A stretch of 62,803 nucleotides of DNA, filler included, from Globobulimina sp. (GCA_003354225.1; 42 parts of 42 records of this genome joined end to end with filler, not necessarily neighbours in it); one strand, 5' to 3'; shown: positions 1 to 11,012, counted from the whole stretch's first letter. The notes: generated by a model from the letters alone, not told the origin. Made by a program: numbers and translations.

Positions 1-48
1 GATCAATGGATACAAGAATTGGACATGGTTGGACGCTACACCTCGTTG

Positions 49-230
49 TGGGAGTGTTGCAAGTTGCATAAAAGAAATGTTTGAAATACGTGATAGTAGA
101 AATATGTGATTTTATATTATTTGATTATTGTTTGTTTCTTTGTAGTTACTGATCGGTTGCTTGTCATAAACCTTTCGCTCGTTGTTCTTGTTGTTGTTGC
201 ATGGTTGTTGGTTTTCACATTGGTGCCTCG
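49..230 (+). mobile_element. Putative LTR junction: purine tract, LTR (55-219, TGTTG...CACA), PBS-like TGGTGCCTCG (221-230)
   Basis: GGGAG|TGTTG start, CA end, one spacer base, then TGG; followed by a long leader and a gag-like ORF. Only one LTR copy is visible. Confidence 0.4.
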
Positions 231-496
231 ACTCATTGGACCTGTTCATCAACGACACAAAGAAGTGCTCAAGTGGCATTGGAACAAAGAAGAGAAGAAC
301 CACAAGTGGTCAGTAAGTAAATATATGTTACATAGATATACGTGTATAGTATCCGTAGTATCATATAGTCATTTTGTTTCATTATCATACAGTACCCATA
401 GTTATACCATTTCTGTCGTGTAAGGTTTGTGCTTTGTAAAAGACATCGCACATATTGATCATATATTCATTTATTGTCTTTAGCTTTCGTAAAGCA

Positions 497-806
497 CTTA
501 CAGTCCGGTTAGGGTGAATGCAAAGTAGCATAGACCCATTTAAGTACCGTATCAGTAGACTGTAAGCATACGTTACTAGCAAAAACAAGTCTAGTGTTAG
601 CAAGAAAATCATATTCATTCATTGTCATAAAAGTACTTACAGTCCGGTTTGGGGAACGATTGCCAAGTAGCATCGACCCGTTTAAGTACCGTATCAGTAG
701 ACTGTATTTTTTGGTATTTCTTTGTCATACAAGGTGTTTACAATCCGGTCAGGGTAGTGAGAGCAAAGTAGCTTCGACCCGTTTTCAGTGCCGTATAGAT
801 TGTAAA
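497..806 (+). ncRNA. Three tandem ~70-nt structured repeats (497-566, 638-706, 737-806)
   Basis: Each folds as nested stems ACAGTC/GACTGT, CGGT/ACCG, GGGT/ACCC, TGC/GCA with an AAGTA loop; copy 3 has compensatory changes. Confidence 0.7.
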
Positions 807-944
807 AGTAATCGATCCTTGTCATAAACTCCTAGTAAAAACAAATCTAGTAGTAGTTCATATCTTGCCTTTCAAAATTATTCACAGTCCTTTTTATTTT
901 CGATTTTTATTTTGTGTCTTTCATAAACCAAAAAACAAAAAGTC

Positions 945-1399
945 ATGCCATTAAAAAGGGCTAAAAAGGCAGATGTTACTATGTGGCGTAATCAACAGCT
1001 CAATTTAGAGGAAACGCTCAATGAAAAAGCAGAGCAATGCGAAACATATTTTGACCAATTTAGCAACAACGGTCAAATGGCAACGAAAAGAGATCTTTTA
1101 GATATACGTACTTTAAAGGACGACATCGAAAGTCTTTTATCGGAAATTCAGGACATAAATGAATCAATAAGAAAAAATGTGCCAAACGGAGAGACCGAAA
1201 CAAAGGAAATCCAACGAGGCGGTTTATTATCGGGACGCGCAATAACACTGCGAAACAAACTTAAAAATCTAATCAGTGACATAAGAGAGACACCTATAAA
1301 ACGAGTAGAAAGTAATAATTCTCTATCAGATATGTCTAAATCTCCTGCTTCGTCACATCAAAGTGAAACAATCATGTCTCCCGCAAAGGTTCCATTAAT
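945..1399 (+). CDS. Coiled-coil protein, possible retrotransposon Gag N-terminus (3'-truncated)
   Basis: Helical N-terminus, Ser-rich linker, ends AKVPL (resembles the KLP motif before Bel/Pao Gag cores); intronless; downstream of PBS-like site. Confidence 0.4.
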
Positions 1400-1499
1400 N
1401 NNNNNNNNNNNNNNNNNNNNNNNNNNNNNNNNNNNNNNNNNNNTTAATTAATTAANNNNNNNNNNNNNNNNNNNNNNNNNNNNNNNNNNNNNNNNNNNN
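1400..1499. other. Artificial contig linker N44-TTAATTAATTAA-N44 (first of 41, about every 1.5 kb)
   Basis: Identical N-flanked six-frame-stop spacer between all contigs; contig lengths fall from 1399 to 1396 bp. Confidence 0.99.
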
Positions 1500-2898
1500 A
1501 TATAGTTTTTATAACTCAATCCGGACAAACAATGAGTAATATTAATTAATTGCATTGTTTTTAAACCACCAATAAATAATAGTTCCTGTTCAGAAGGAAA
1601 ACGGGATAACCAACAACAATCAAAACATCTTAATTGTAAATGTGGTACCATTTCAACAATAATTCCCTTATTATGACTAAAATGTAATGCAACAATCCAT
1701 GATGAAGTTGTTGATAAAACACCAAATATCCATGCTTGAGTTGAATCGAATATCATCTCTCTATCAATTCCATGATAAACTGATTCTATATTTCCTTTAA
1801 ACGTTTCTGTGCCATAAACTTCTACCATTTCACGTACATATTTACCAAAATAAAAGAAATTACAATGTCGTTTTTTTAAATCAGATAAACATTGTCTTTC
1901 TTTTAAACGAAACGACTCAGAAAATGCTCTTTGAAAATGCTGTTTTTGTGTTTTTGTTATTGAGCGACTTTAAAAACAGCAAATATTTCAGAAACTTAAC
2001 AGTTAAGGAACAATATAATGTGACACATATTAAATGCTGTAATTTTATTCCTTCTCCATCACGAATTCCGTATTTTGATATATGAAATGGACAATTTCTC
2101 CATTCGACCATATATCCATTAACTTTAGCAACAGTTTGTTTGCATTTGTCAGTTATTTTATGTTGTTTGGCCATACTATAAAAATTATGAAACATAACAT
2201 CACTAATTTGACATATTTTATTATTCATTAATTCAATTTTTAAATTATTATATTTGGGTTTAATGTATAATTCTTTATATTTAATACCGCCACCGGTATA
2301 TGATTCAGGTGCAAGTTTATAATATCCCCAATAATCAAATCTAAATGAATATGAATATTTTAATTTATTATTTATGGTAAGCTGTGATTTGGACATATTA
2401 GTTGCAAATTTGTTAACTGCGCGTTCAGCGTTATGCTCTTTGGACGTTCTGTGAACATGAATTATTTGATCTAATTTGCGTCTTTTTAATGTCAAAATAT
2501 CATTAATAATTTCAATATGTTTTCGTTCTTCATTGCATCCAAATCTTTCGTTATTCAATCTATTTCGTTCTGCGATAGTTAAACGTCCACCAATTTCGTA
2601 ACAATGAACAAAATGGCAATGTATTTGATTTAATATTTGTAAAATTACATTGTTTCTGTTATGTATCGATCGTGATCGGAATCTATAATGTCTTTTAATG
2701 GCATGGCAATCAAATAAATCACATTGTTTTAATAATTTAAACATATAATCAATGTTTAAATTATTTCCATTTTTATCATGAATTAATAAAAAATGATTGA
2801 AACAATTCAATATATTTGTAATATCATCATTACATTGATGGACAAACTCATCTTTCTTTGAATTATTTACGTCAATATTCATTACTTTTTGATATTGT
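1500..2898 (-). CDS. ADP-ribosyltransferase-like family protein, partial; intron 1940-2000
   Basis: A 61-nt GT-AG intron joins ORFs 1917-2882 and 1448-1828; motifs VYHG, STTS, SRFPSEQELLF. Confidence 0.7.
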
Positions 2899-2999
2899 NN
2901 NNNNNNNNNNNNNNNNNNNNNNNNNNNNNNNNNNNNNNNNNNTTAATTAATTAANNNNNNNNNNNNNNNNNNNNNNNNNNNNNNNNNNNNNNNNNNNNT

Positions 3000-3125
3000 T
3001 ATTCAGTGAATGTAAAGGACCAAGGGATCGCGTATCAAAATATTGATCGAGCAAAATATAGAGTTGCTATTGATTTATACAATGCAAATGATTCCATAAC
3101 ACTGATGGATTATGTTCAAATATAA
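3000..3125 (+). CDS. C-terminus of SPRY/B30.2-like protein
   Basis: YSVNVKDQGIAYQNIDRAKYRVAIDL matches the C-terminus of 55959-56615 (YKINDKNQGIAFQNI). Confidence 0.6.
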   Translation, partial: YSVNVKDQGIAYQNIDRAKYRVAIDLYNANDSITLMDYVQI

Positions 3126-3299
3126 CTTGTTGCGTCCTTGCGCACAATGGCCTCGCTTGATTATCAAAGAATTGTTAATAAATAATATTAGCAAATGCAT
3201 TGCACAATTTGCAACATTACAAAGTAAAAATGTTTTTTGAAAAATCGTTTGGTTTAACATTTGCAAGAGGGTAAAAAGTCCGATCATTGTGGTGACTGT

Positions 3300-4035
3300 T
3301 TACAATTTACTATTGGCAACAATTTTATTTTGCATTCGAATGTAAAAGTCATTGTTACCGCTCCATAATTCAGAGGTTAATGTGTCGCCTTCAACCACTT
3401 GTCCAACTCCTTTGGGAGTACCAGTTAAAATAATATAACCTTTATCTAGCGTAAAATATTTACTTAAATAATTAATTAATGTTTCAATATCAAATATCAT
3501 TAAATCACATTTTGCTGCTTGTCTTACATCCTCATTCACTGTTAATTTCATTTTAATATTTTTATAATTTTTAATCAAAGCTTTGTCAATAAAATGTGAA
3601 ACAGGAGCTGCGCCATCAAATCCTTTGCTGATTGTCCATGGCAAACTCTTTTTTTTTAATTCCTTTTGAATATCTCTTGCTGTCATATCCAATGAAAGAC
3701 AGTAACCTGACACATAATCCATTGCTTTATCCTTTGCAATCACATTTCCGTTACTATTTGTACCAATAATTACACCCAATTCTATTCATTTTATGTAAGT
3801 ATAAGTTATGCACAAAGTAAGAATATATTATATATTATATACCTAATTCATGATGCAAATTGTTACATTGATAGGGTATTCGAATAGAGTCATCGGGTCG
3901 TAATAGCGATGATGGAGGCTTTAGAAATACAAACGGCGTCGAAGGTGGCTCATTTCCTAACTCGTGAGCATGTGCTACATAATTTCTACCAACACAAATA
4001 ATTTTGGTACAAAGACTTCGGAAGTTTGCTGGCAT
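3300..4035 (-). CDS. FAHD1: Fumarylacetoacetate hydrolase-domain protein (acylpyruvase); intron 3782-3842
   Basis: KIICVGRNY, FLKPPSS, HHELELGV after splicing, DMTARD, KGFD, ILTGTPKGVG. Confidence 0.93.
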
Positions 4036-4098
4036 TGCACTCCGACAGACTGACTAAGTTCGAAATTGTTATATTCAAAACTCTCTTTTTTTTTAAGT

Positions 4099-4397
4099 AT
4101 GGCGGCGTTTGTTGCAAGCACCGAAGCAAATATTGGTGAGGAAGGATTCAAAGCTGCATCAACATTAAAAGAATGCTTATCATCTTTGCCAAGTGTTTAT
4201 GAGAAATTGGAGAGGCAGGGAATGACAGAATTAGATATTTTTGTATTTATAAATGAGAAAGATTTAGAAAGATTATGTGGAAAAAGTGGAATTGATTTGG
4301 AATTTATGGAAGCAGTTAAATTTAAATCAGCTGTTCGAAAGCTTCAATCTCGAAATGCACAAAAACAAAAAAGTCATATTGTGTTATTGTCAATGGC
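4099..4397 (+). CDS. SAM-domain-like protein, partial
   Basis: SVYEKLERQGMTELDIFVFINEKDLERLC...KFKSAVRKL has a SAM helical pattern. Confidence 0.55.
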
Positions 4398-4892
4398 NNN
4401 NNNNNNNNNNNNNNNNNNNNNNNNNNNNNNNNNNNNNNNNNTTAATTAATTAANNNNNNNNNNNNNNNNNNNNNNNNNNNNNNNNNNNNNNNNNNNNTAA
4501 ATACTATATTTTTGACAGATTTTTACAATTTTCGATGATTCTGTATTTTTTGCAATTTTGCAAATATCACATAAATATTCATTTTTTTAGCACTTTTACG
4601 GCTTTTTGACCACAGCGCAGCCAGTCGCAAACAACGGTTTATTTTGCTTTAATAAGAAAAGAAGAGTCCGCACAGAATGGGCAATTTTGTTTTATATTTT
4701 TATAAAAGGCAAAAAAACAGAATTAAGATTGAATATTTTTGCAACAAAAAAGAAACAAAACAAATGGATTATATTTATATTTCATTCGTTCCAAATATAA
4801 AAAATAATTGAAAAGCAACCAAACAAAAACAAAAAAATAACTTACATTCAATTCAATTTCAAACATTTAAAAGAAAACAGAAAAAGAAAACA

Positions 4893-5896
4893 TTACAAGC
4901 GCGAATACTGATGTTCCAACTGCGACAACCAGCTCACGATGGTTTGATGTCCGTTCTGCCACGCATGCTCGAGGCCGGTCTTATTCTCGTAATCCTTTTT
5001 GAAGATGTCCACCTTCACCACGTTGATCAAGTACTTGATGACGTTCTCGTGCCCGCCCATACACGCCAAGTGCAGCGGGGTCCACCCATTCACGCCGTCG
5101 CCGGCATTCACGAAGTCCACGATCTCCTGCGGGTTCTTGACATTCAGCAAGTGCTGGTACGCCAACTTGACAATCTCGGAGTGTCCCTGCATGGCCGCGC
5201 AGCCCAACGCGTTGAGCCCCGTCGTGTTGGCCTGCATCGGATCCGCGCCACTCTTCAACAACACGTCCACTATGCCGGCGTGCCCATTGTGCGCCGCCAT
5301 CATCAGCGGCGTGGTCCCGTCGCCACTCCGCGGCCGGTTCACGTCGGCATTGGCAGACAACAACAAATCCACGCTCATCTTCTTGCCGTTCTGGCACGCC
5401 ACAAACAGCGGCGTCGCGCCCTGCGACCGGTCCGGTTTATTCAAGTCTGCGCCATAATTGATGAGCGGCTCCATGCACTGAGAGTTGCCGCGCGAAGCCG
5501 CGATCCATAGCGGCGTACAGCCATCGTGTTTGGCCAAATTTGGGTTGGCCCCCTTCCGCTGCTGCGGTTTCTTGCTCTCCTTTTTCTTCTTTTTCTTCTC
5601 CTTTTTCCTGCGCGGATTGACGCGCTCATTCGTATTCTCCTCCAACTCCGACACGCTGTCCTCGCTGTTGTACGCCGCCCCGTTCATCGCCTCCATGCCG
5701 TCCATGGCCATGGCAGCCGCACTGTTCACGTCGAAGAGGCCCTCCTTATTGGTCAGCGACATGACGCGTTGGTGCCCGCTGCGAGGATCCGTCTGGATCT
5801 CCACCACCACGTTGCGAGGATGCAACAGCAACTCCACCACTTCGCTGTTGTTGTTCTGGCACGCGGCCCACAGCGCAGTCACTCCCGACAGGTCCT
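4893..5896 (-). CDS. Ankyrin repeat protein, 5'-truncated
   Basis: Repeated TPLxxAxxxG motifs (TPLWIAASRG, TPLFVACQNG, TPLMMAAHNGH, TPLHLACMGGH). Confidence 0.95.
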
Positions 5897-6147
5897 NNNN
5901 NNNNNNNNNNNNNNNNNNNNNNNNNNNNNNNNNNNNNNNNTTAATTAATTAANNNNNNNNNNNNNNNNNNNNNNNNNNNNNNNNNNNNNNNNNNNNAGGA
6001 TCCACGAGTTACCATTGATTGATACGCAATGTATTGATGACAAAGTTGCCAATTCAGATGCGAGCAACAGTTAAATCTATATTTGTGTACATTGTTTCTC
6101 TTTGATGTATATACATATTTATAAAAGCAAATGAAGTGCGAGCTTCC

Positions 6148-7260
6148 ATGAAGAAAATGAATGAATATAACATGGCGCCAATCGATGAATATCATATATC
6201 AACATCTCCCAATATGGATGTGAGAGAACGAGCAGATAAGAGCAGGAAAACACGATCGCATTCGGTTAAACTATCCAATAAAAACAAGAATGTCAACAGT
6301 AACACCCCGCAGTCCGCAGATCAAGCTTCCAATTATAAATTAAATTTGCCAGTCAACGCTGTTGACAGTCAATCAATTCCAATGTATAAATTAAATTTGC
6401 CAGTCACTAATACTGATATTAATATTCGCAGCTCCTCCAATCCATTATTATTGATTAAGGACGAAAAGGATAAAATCAATCAACTCAATGAACTAATTAC
6501 AATCCCTTCGCTGCAGCCACAGCATCAACAACAATCGCTAAGTTCGCCGAAATTGTCGTTAGAGTTAAGGTTATATACTATATACTGCACCATTTTATTA
6601 TTGTCACTGTTGATATGTCAAATTAAGGAATATGGTTTCCTATCCTTCGCTGGATGTGGCAGTGGGAGAGTCGAGGCGGTTTACGTATTCCTCGGACAAT
6701 ATGAGTCCACACTCTCTTACTCAGTCCTGTCAAATCAAGACATTTACTTTGCTCGATGCAGTACAGCAAGTGCATGCGCACAAAGATAACAAACTTAATA
6801 TTCGGAAATCTGAGTCCAGTCTTGACGTAGCAAGGGGACATTCATCTGCTGTTACCATGTTTAACTTGTTTGTGTCGCAGGGTTTTTATGATACGAAACG
6901 TGCTCAGCTCATGAAAGAAATGTAGAAAATGCCTATATATCAATCAATCTCCTCCGTTGCGTTGCTACAATATAGCGCAACAGCTTCTTCTAAACAACAT
7001 AAGGAAGAAGAAGGAATGATATTTATGTGGCGTATTCTGCCTTTACACAGTATGAAGATACATTACCAGACAAGGTTAACTGGTGGAAGACTGCAGAATT
7101 TCGTCCAAGAGACATCGCAACGTGTCAGTTTATGGAAGAAGACGAGCGTTTACTGTGGCGATGCTTGAATACCGAGAGAAATGTAGTATGGATATCATGA
7201 TTGATGATGTGATAGAGCATTTGGTCGGGATAGAATATGAAAATGGATCGTAATGATAAG
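6148..7260 (+). pseudogene. Unknown protein with in-frame stops
   Basis: ORFs 6632-6925 and 6929-7168 share a frame, split by TAG then TGA; probable intron near 6570-6627. Confidence 0.4.
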
Positions 7261-7495
7261 ATGTCAAAAAACTCAGTTTTCGCAATGACGTTGCCCACCG
7301 ACATGCCCCATGCCCTTGTCGCACCTGACGTGTCTCATAGCAAGTTCGGCTCGCGTTGTCGTTGCAATCATGCCAGACTCCCCAGAGAGGAAAGGNNNNN
7401 NNNNNNNNNNNNNNNNNNNNNNNNNNNNNNNNNNNNNNNTTAATTAATTAANNNNNNNNNNNNNNNNNNNNNNNNNNNNNNNNNNNNNNNNNNNN

Positions 7496-7983
7496 GCTTT
7501 GCTGAATGTTATCGATAACCGTAATTCAGCAAACGTTGAAGTGATTGATTCATATTCCACAGTGAATGTATTGTTTGCCATAAAACCATGCAATGCGTCA
7601 TTGCGCGATGGCTCAGTGACCGGCACATTGTAGGTTTTACCAAAAAAGGTATAGGTTGCGTTTGCGAGTCTATTTGCCCACGGCATCAATGCACAACCTT
7701 TAAAATGTGCATTCTCATAAACTGCAGAAGCGTTGCTGTCATGTCCAGATATAATAGAAACCGGTGCATTGCCATGGTTTGATTGTGAGCGTAGATTGAT
7801 TTCTTCCAACCTGCCACCGGGTGAATATATTACCAATAGTGATTCGTCTGTGTTTCTATTAGTTAACCGTTTTAATAATACATCTGGGCCATTTGGATTC
7901 TGCCAAGTTTCATTTGTAATCGTAAATTGATCGCCATATATTGGATGTACTATGCCTACAAACAGCAAAAGTAACGCCGACAT
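7496..7983 (-). CDS. Aldose 1-epimerase (galactose mutarotase-like) with signal peptide, partial
   Basis: GCALMPWANRL...YTF.G..Y...NDALHG motif; hydrophobic N-terminus. Confidence 0.85.
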
Positions 7984-8218
7984 GGTTTAATATAATTGAG
8001 GTTAGCAAAAGAACGTGAAATGTACAAAAAAAACTAGTCTAAACCCAGATTAGTATCATTGCTACCAATGAAAGCTAAATTGAAATTAAAATAAAATGTT
8101 CAATCTACACTAAAATATGCACTAAAAAAATTAAAAGGAAAAAGCATCTAAATGCTTTCGAAGGGGAGCTAATTCATAAAAAAAATATTTCAATACATTC
8201 ATTGCACAAAATAACCCA

Positions 8219-8610
8219 TTAAACCAACCACAACCGGCACCATACAAACAACCGAGGATCCATCTCCTCCATTTCCTGCATCTGCAGTAGTACTTGAATC
8301 AGGTGTATTGGTTGTAACTGTCTGTCCACCCAATGTCTCCACAATATCATCTACAAAAACACACATAAATATATACAAATGTATACAAAAAAACTACACA
8401 TACCATATAAACAAGATATTTTTACCAACGTAGCTTCATCGAAAGTTGTCCTTAATCCATTTTGATCGCAGGCAGCCGCATCAATTGCATCATTAAAGCC
8501 ATCATCACCTAAAACATCCACAATAACATCGCTTGAATCAACCAATAAACGCCGCCCATTACCATTGCCACTGTCTGTCACTTCTACAGTTATTTGAATA
8601 TCATCCTCAG
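8219..8610 (-). CDS. C-terminal fragment of secreted/surface protein
   Basis: RRLL motif, D/T/S-rich, probable intron around 8351-8402. Confidence 0.35.
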
Positions 8611-9063
8611 AGTTTTGACAACGTAAGATAGAATCCAGATTAAAATGTAGATTTAATGTGTTTCCTGAGAATTTGGCGTGAATCTATGCTAAATCTATGA
8701 ATACCAAATCAATACAGCTATGAATCATCCTGGATCTATATGTATACGATTCGTGTTGATTCCATATGATTCAAAGTAACATAGAATCTTTTCGATATGC
8801 CGCGAATCCAGATTCAATACATTCAGAATGTCACATTCAAAAAGATTCAAATGACATTCTAGGGTGTGTTTGTATATGAAAAGATTCATATCAANNNNNN
8901 NNNNNNNNNNNNNNNNNNNNNNNNNNNNNNNNNNNNNNTTAATTAATTAANNNNNNNNNNNNNNNNNNNNNNNNNNNNNNNNNNNNNNNNNNNNGTTGAT
9001 TGAAGAAATGAACTAAAAGCAAAAACCCTATTAACTGAAATCGTCGAAGTCAACAACCAACCA

Positions 9064-10393
9064 ATGTCTTCGTTGTGTGTTTTTATTGTATGTGCATTTG
9101 TGTTATATGTTGTACGTGGCGAGGTTGAAGTGAATGCATTATTTTCTGATGGCATGGTGCTTCAAACCAGTAAACAAGCCGGATTTAGGAGTTTTTTATA
9201 TGGCACAGCAGCACCAAATGAACCCATTAAAATAACAGGAAGTATTATGGGAGCTCCATATTCAATTAATGCAAGAAATGATGGTTTATGGAAAATAGAG
9301 CTTAATCCTGATACTAATTTTGCGATCAATATGACAATGAATGTAATTGGACAAAACAATACCATCCAAATAAATGATATTAAAATTGGTGAGATATTCT
9401 TATGCATTGGCTCTAAAAATATGATGTACCCAATGAGTGATATATTTAATGCATCGAATTATATTCAAAATTCAGTCAAATATCCATCCATTAAAATTGT
9501 AACATTACCAACAATCAATGCAAATGAACCACAAAATATGTATCCATCATCGGCAAATATTAAATGGAAGCAAGCGAATCCAAATACATTGCCATCATTT
9601 TCTGCCATTTGTTATTTATCAGCACAGAAATTGTTGGATATGTATGGAGATGGAAGAAATATGGGTTTAATTCAAGTTGCTGTGGATGATTCCACTTTGA
9701 ATTGTTGGATGAGTCAGAATGCACTAAAAACAGCGTCAACGCAATGCGACGATCTCGACAAAGAAGAAGAAATGTTATCGTTTGAAGCATCTGTTTGTAA
9801 TGATTCCACATTATTTAACGGAATGATTAATCCTTTGGTTGAACAAACATATCGCTCAGGAATATATTATCAAGGCGGAAATGAGCAAATATCGACAAAT
9901 TATGGTTGTAAATTTGCTATAATGATGAATGATTATCGTGATATGTTTGGAAGTGGAGATTTTGCATTCGCCTATGTCCAAGCAAGCAGTGTGTATAACA
10001 ATGATATAATTAGTAATATGAGAATGGAGCAATCCACAGATGAGCCAAGAATGGATGGCATAGTCGATACAACCGCAATGATCGTGTCTTATGATTTAGG
10101 CAATAAAAGCAGTGACACTCCAAGTCACAAAGCAGAAATTGGGGAGCGAATTGGTTTGAAATTGGCAAGAATTGCTCCGGTTCTTTTGTATGATCATAAT
10201 TCCACACTTTATGACGGTCCATAAATTTTTAATGCAATTTACAACAGCAATGATAAATTAATATCATTGCATTTTACTAATTTGGATAATAAATCATTGC
10301 TTTTATCGCCGACATTGGATTGTGTCCAAGGTTGTTGCTCTGCAAATAATGTATTCCAAATAAGCAGTGATAATCAAAATTGGCTGAATGCCA
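9064..10393 (+). CDS. Sialate O-acetylesterase-like (SASA) protein, catalytically degenerate, in-frame TAA at 10222-10224
   Basis: LFSDGMVLQ, FSAICY, GLIQ, LFNGMINPL, YYQG, FAYVQ; same frame continues after the TAA. Confidence 0.8.
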
Positions 10394-10497
10394 NNNNNNN
10401 NNNNNNNNNNNNNNNNNNNNNNNNNNNNNNNNNNNNNTTAATTAATTAANNNNNNNNNNNNNNNNNNNNNNNNNNNNNNNNNNNNNNNNNNNNTGGA

Positions 10498-10567
10498 TGT
10501 ACGCAACAGGAATTGAACCTGTATCATGGTTTAAATAAACCAGTGCTCTACGTTGAGCTATGCGTAC
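10498..10567 (-). ncRNA. tRNA-like element with non-canonical anticodon arm
   Basis: GTACGCA/TGCGTAC acceptor stem, GCTC/GAGC D stem, ACAGG-TTCAATT-CCTGT T arm; no canonical 5-bp stem plus 7-nt anticodon loop. Confidence 0.7.
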
Positions 10568-10984
10568 ATAATATTTGTTTTATTTTTATTTATCTATTTG
10601 CTTTGTTTTTTTTGTGGCATAAACCAACAACTTTATTCATCCATTCATATAAAAGTAAAATCCAAGGACATGTATCGACTAATACTTGAAGTGTCAGCTG
10701 ACATGATGTTGACATTTAGAAAAGTTAGATGTTGACATTACACTAAAAACTTCAAGCAACAAATTTTTTTGGTTAAATCAATTTGATCGATTAAATTAAA
10801 ATTTCAAAATAACAACATCCCAAAAATATAGAATCTTTATTGCAAAATGTTAATATCAATCAACAGATTCGATTGTTTTTGTTATTGCATATGTGCTAAT
10901 CAATAGCAATGCTTGTATATAAACAGCGCTTATTTACAATGTTTCATTTATGGTGTAATAATTATATATTGATACAAAGTTTGT

Positions 10985-11012
10985 TTACCCCTCCTCACAT
11001 GAGGAGGGGTAA
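10985..11012. repeat. Perfect 13-bp inverted repeat
   Basis: TTACCCCTCCTCA-CA-TGAGGAGGGGTAA. Confidence 0.85.

Noticed and set aside
497-806. Known ribozyme, tRNA or CRISPR identity for the triple repeat
   Set aside because: No CUGAUGA/GAAA, HDV or twister core, no T-loop, and no repeat-spacer pattern or cas genes
4911-5896. Several overlapping or antisense ORFs on the ankyrin gene
   Set aside because: Shadow ORFs expected from high GC3; no motifs
10222-10224. Stop-codon reassignment or suppression by the tRNA-like elements
   Set aside because: TAA and TAG end conserved genes at the expected places (FAHD1, DNAL4, GGH), long ORFs lack internal stops, and no tRNA-like copy shows a clean suppressor anticodon
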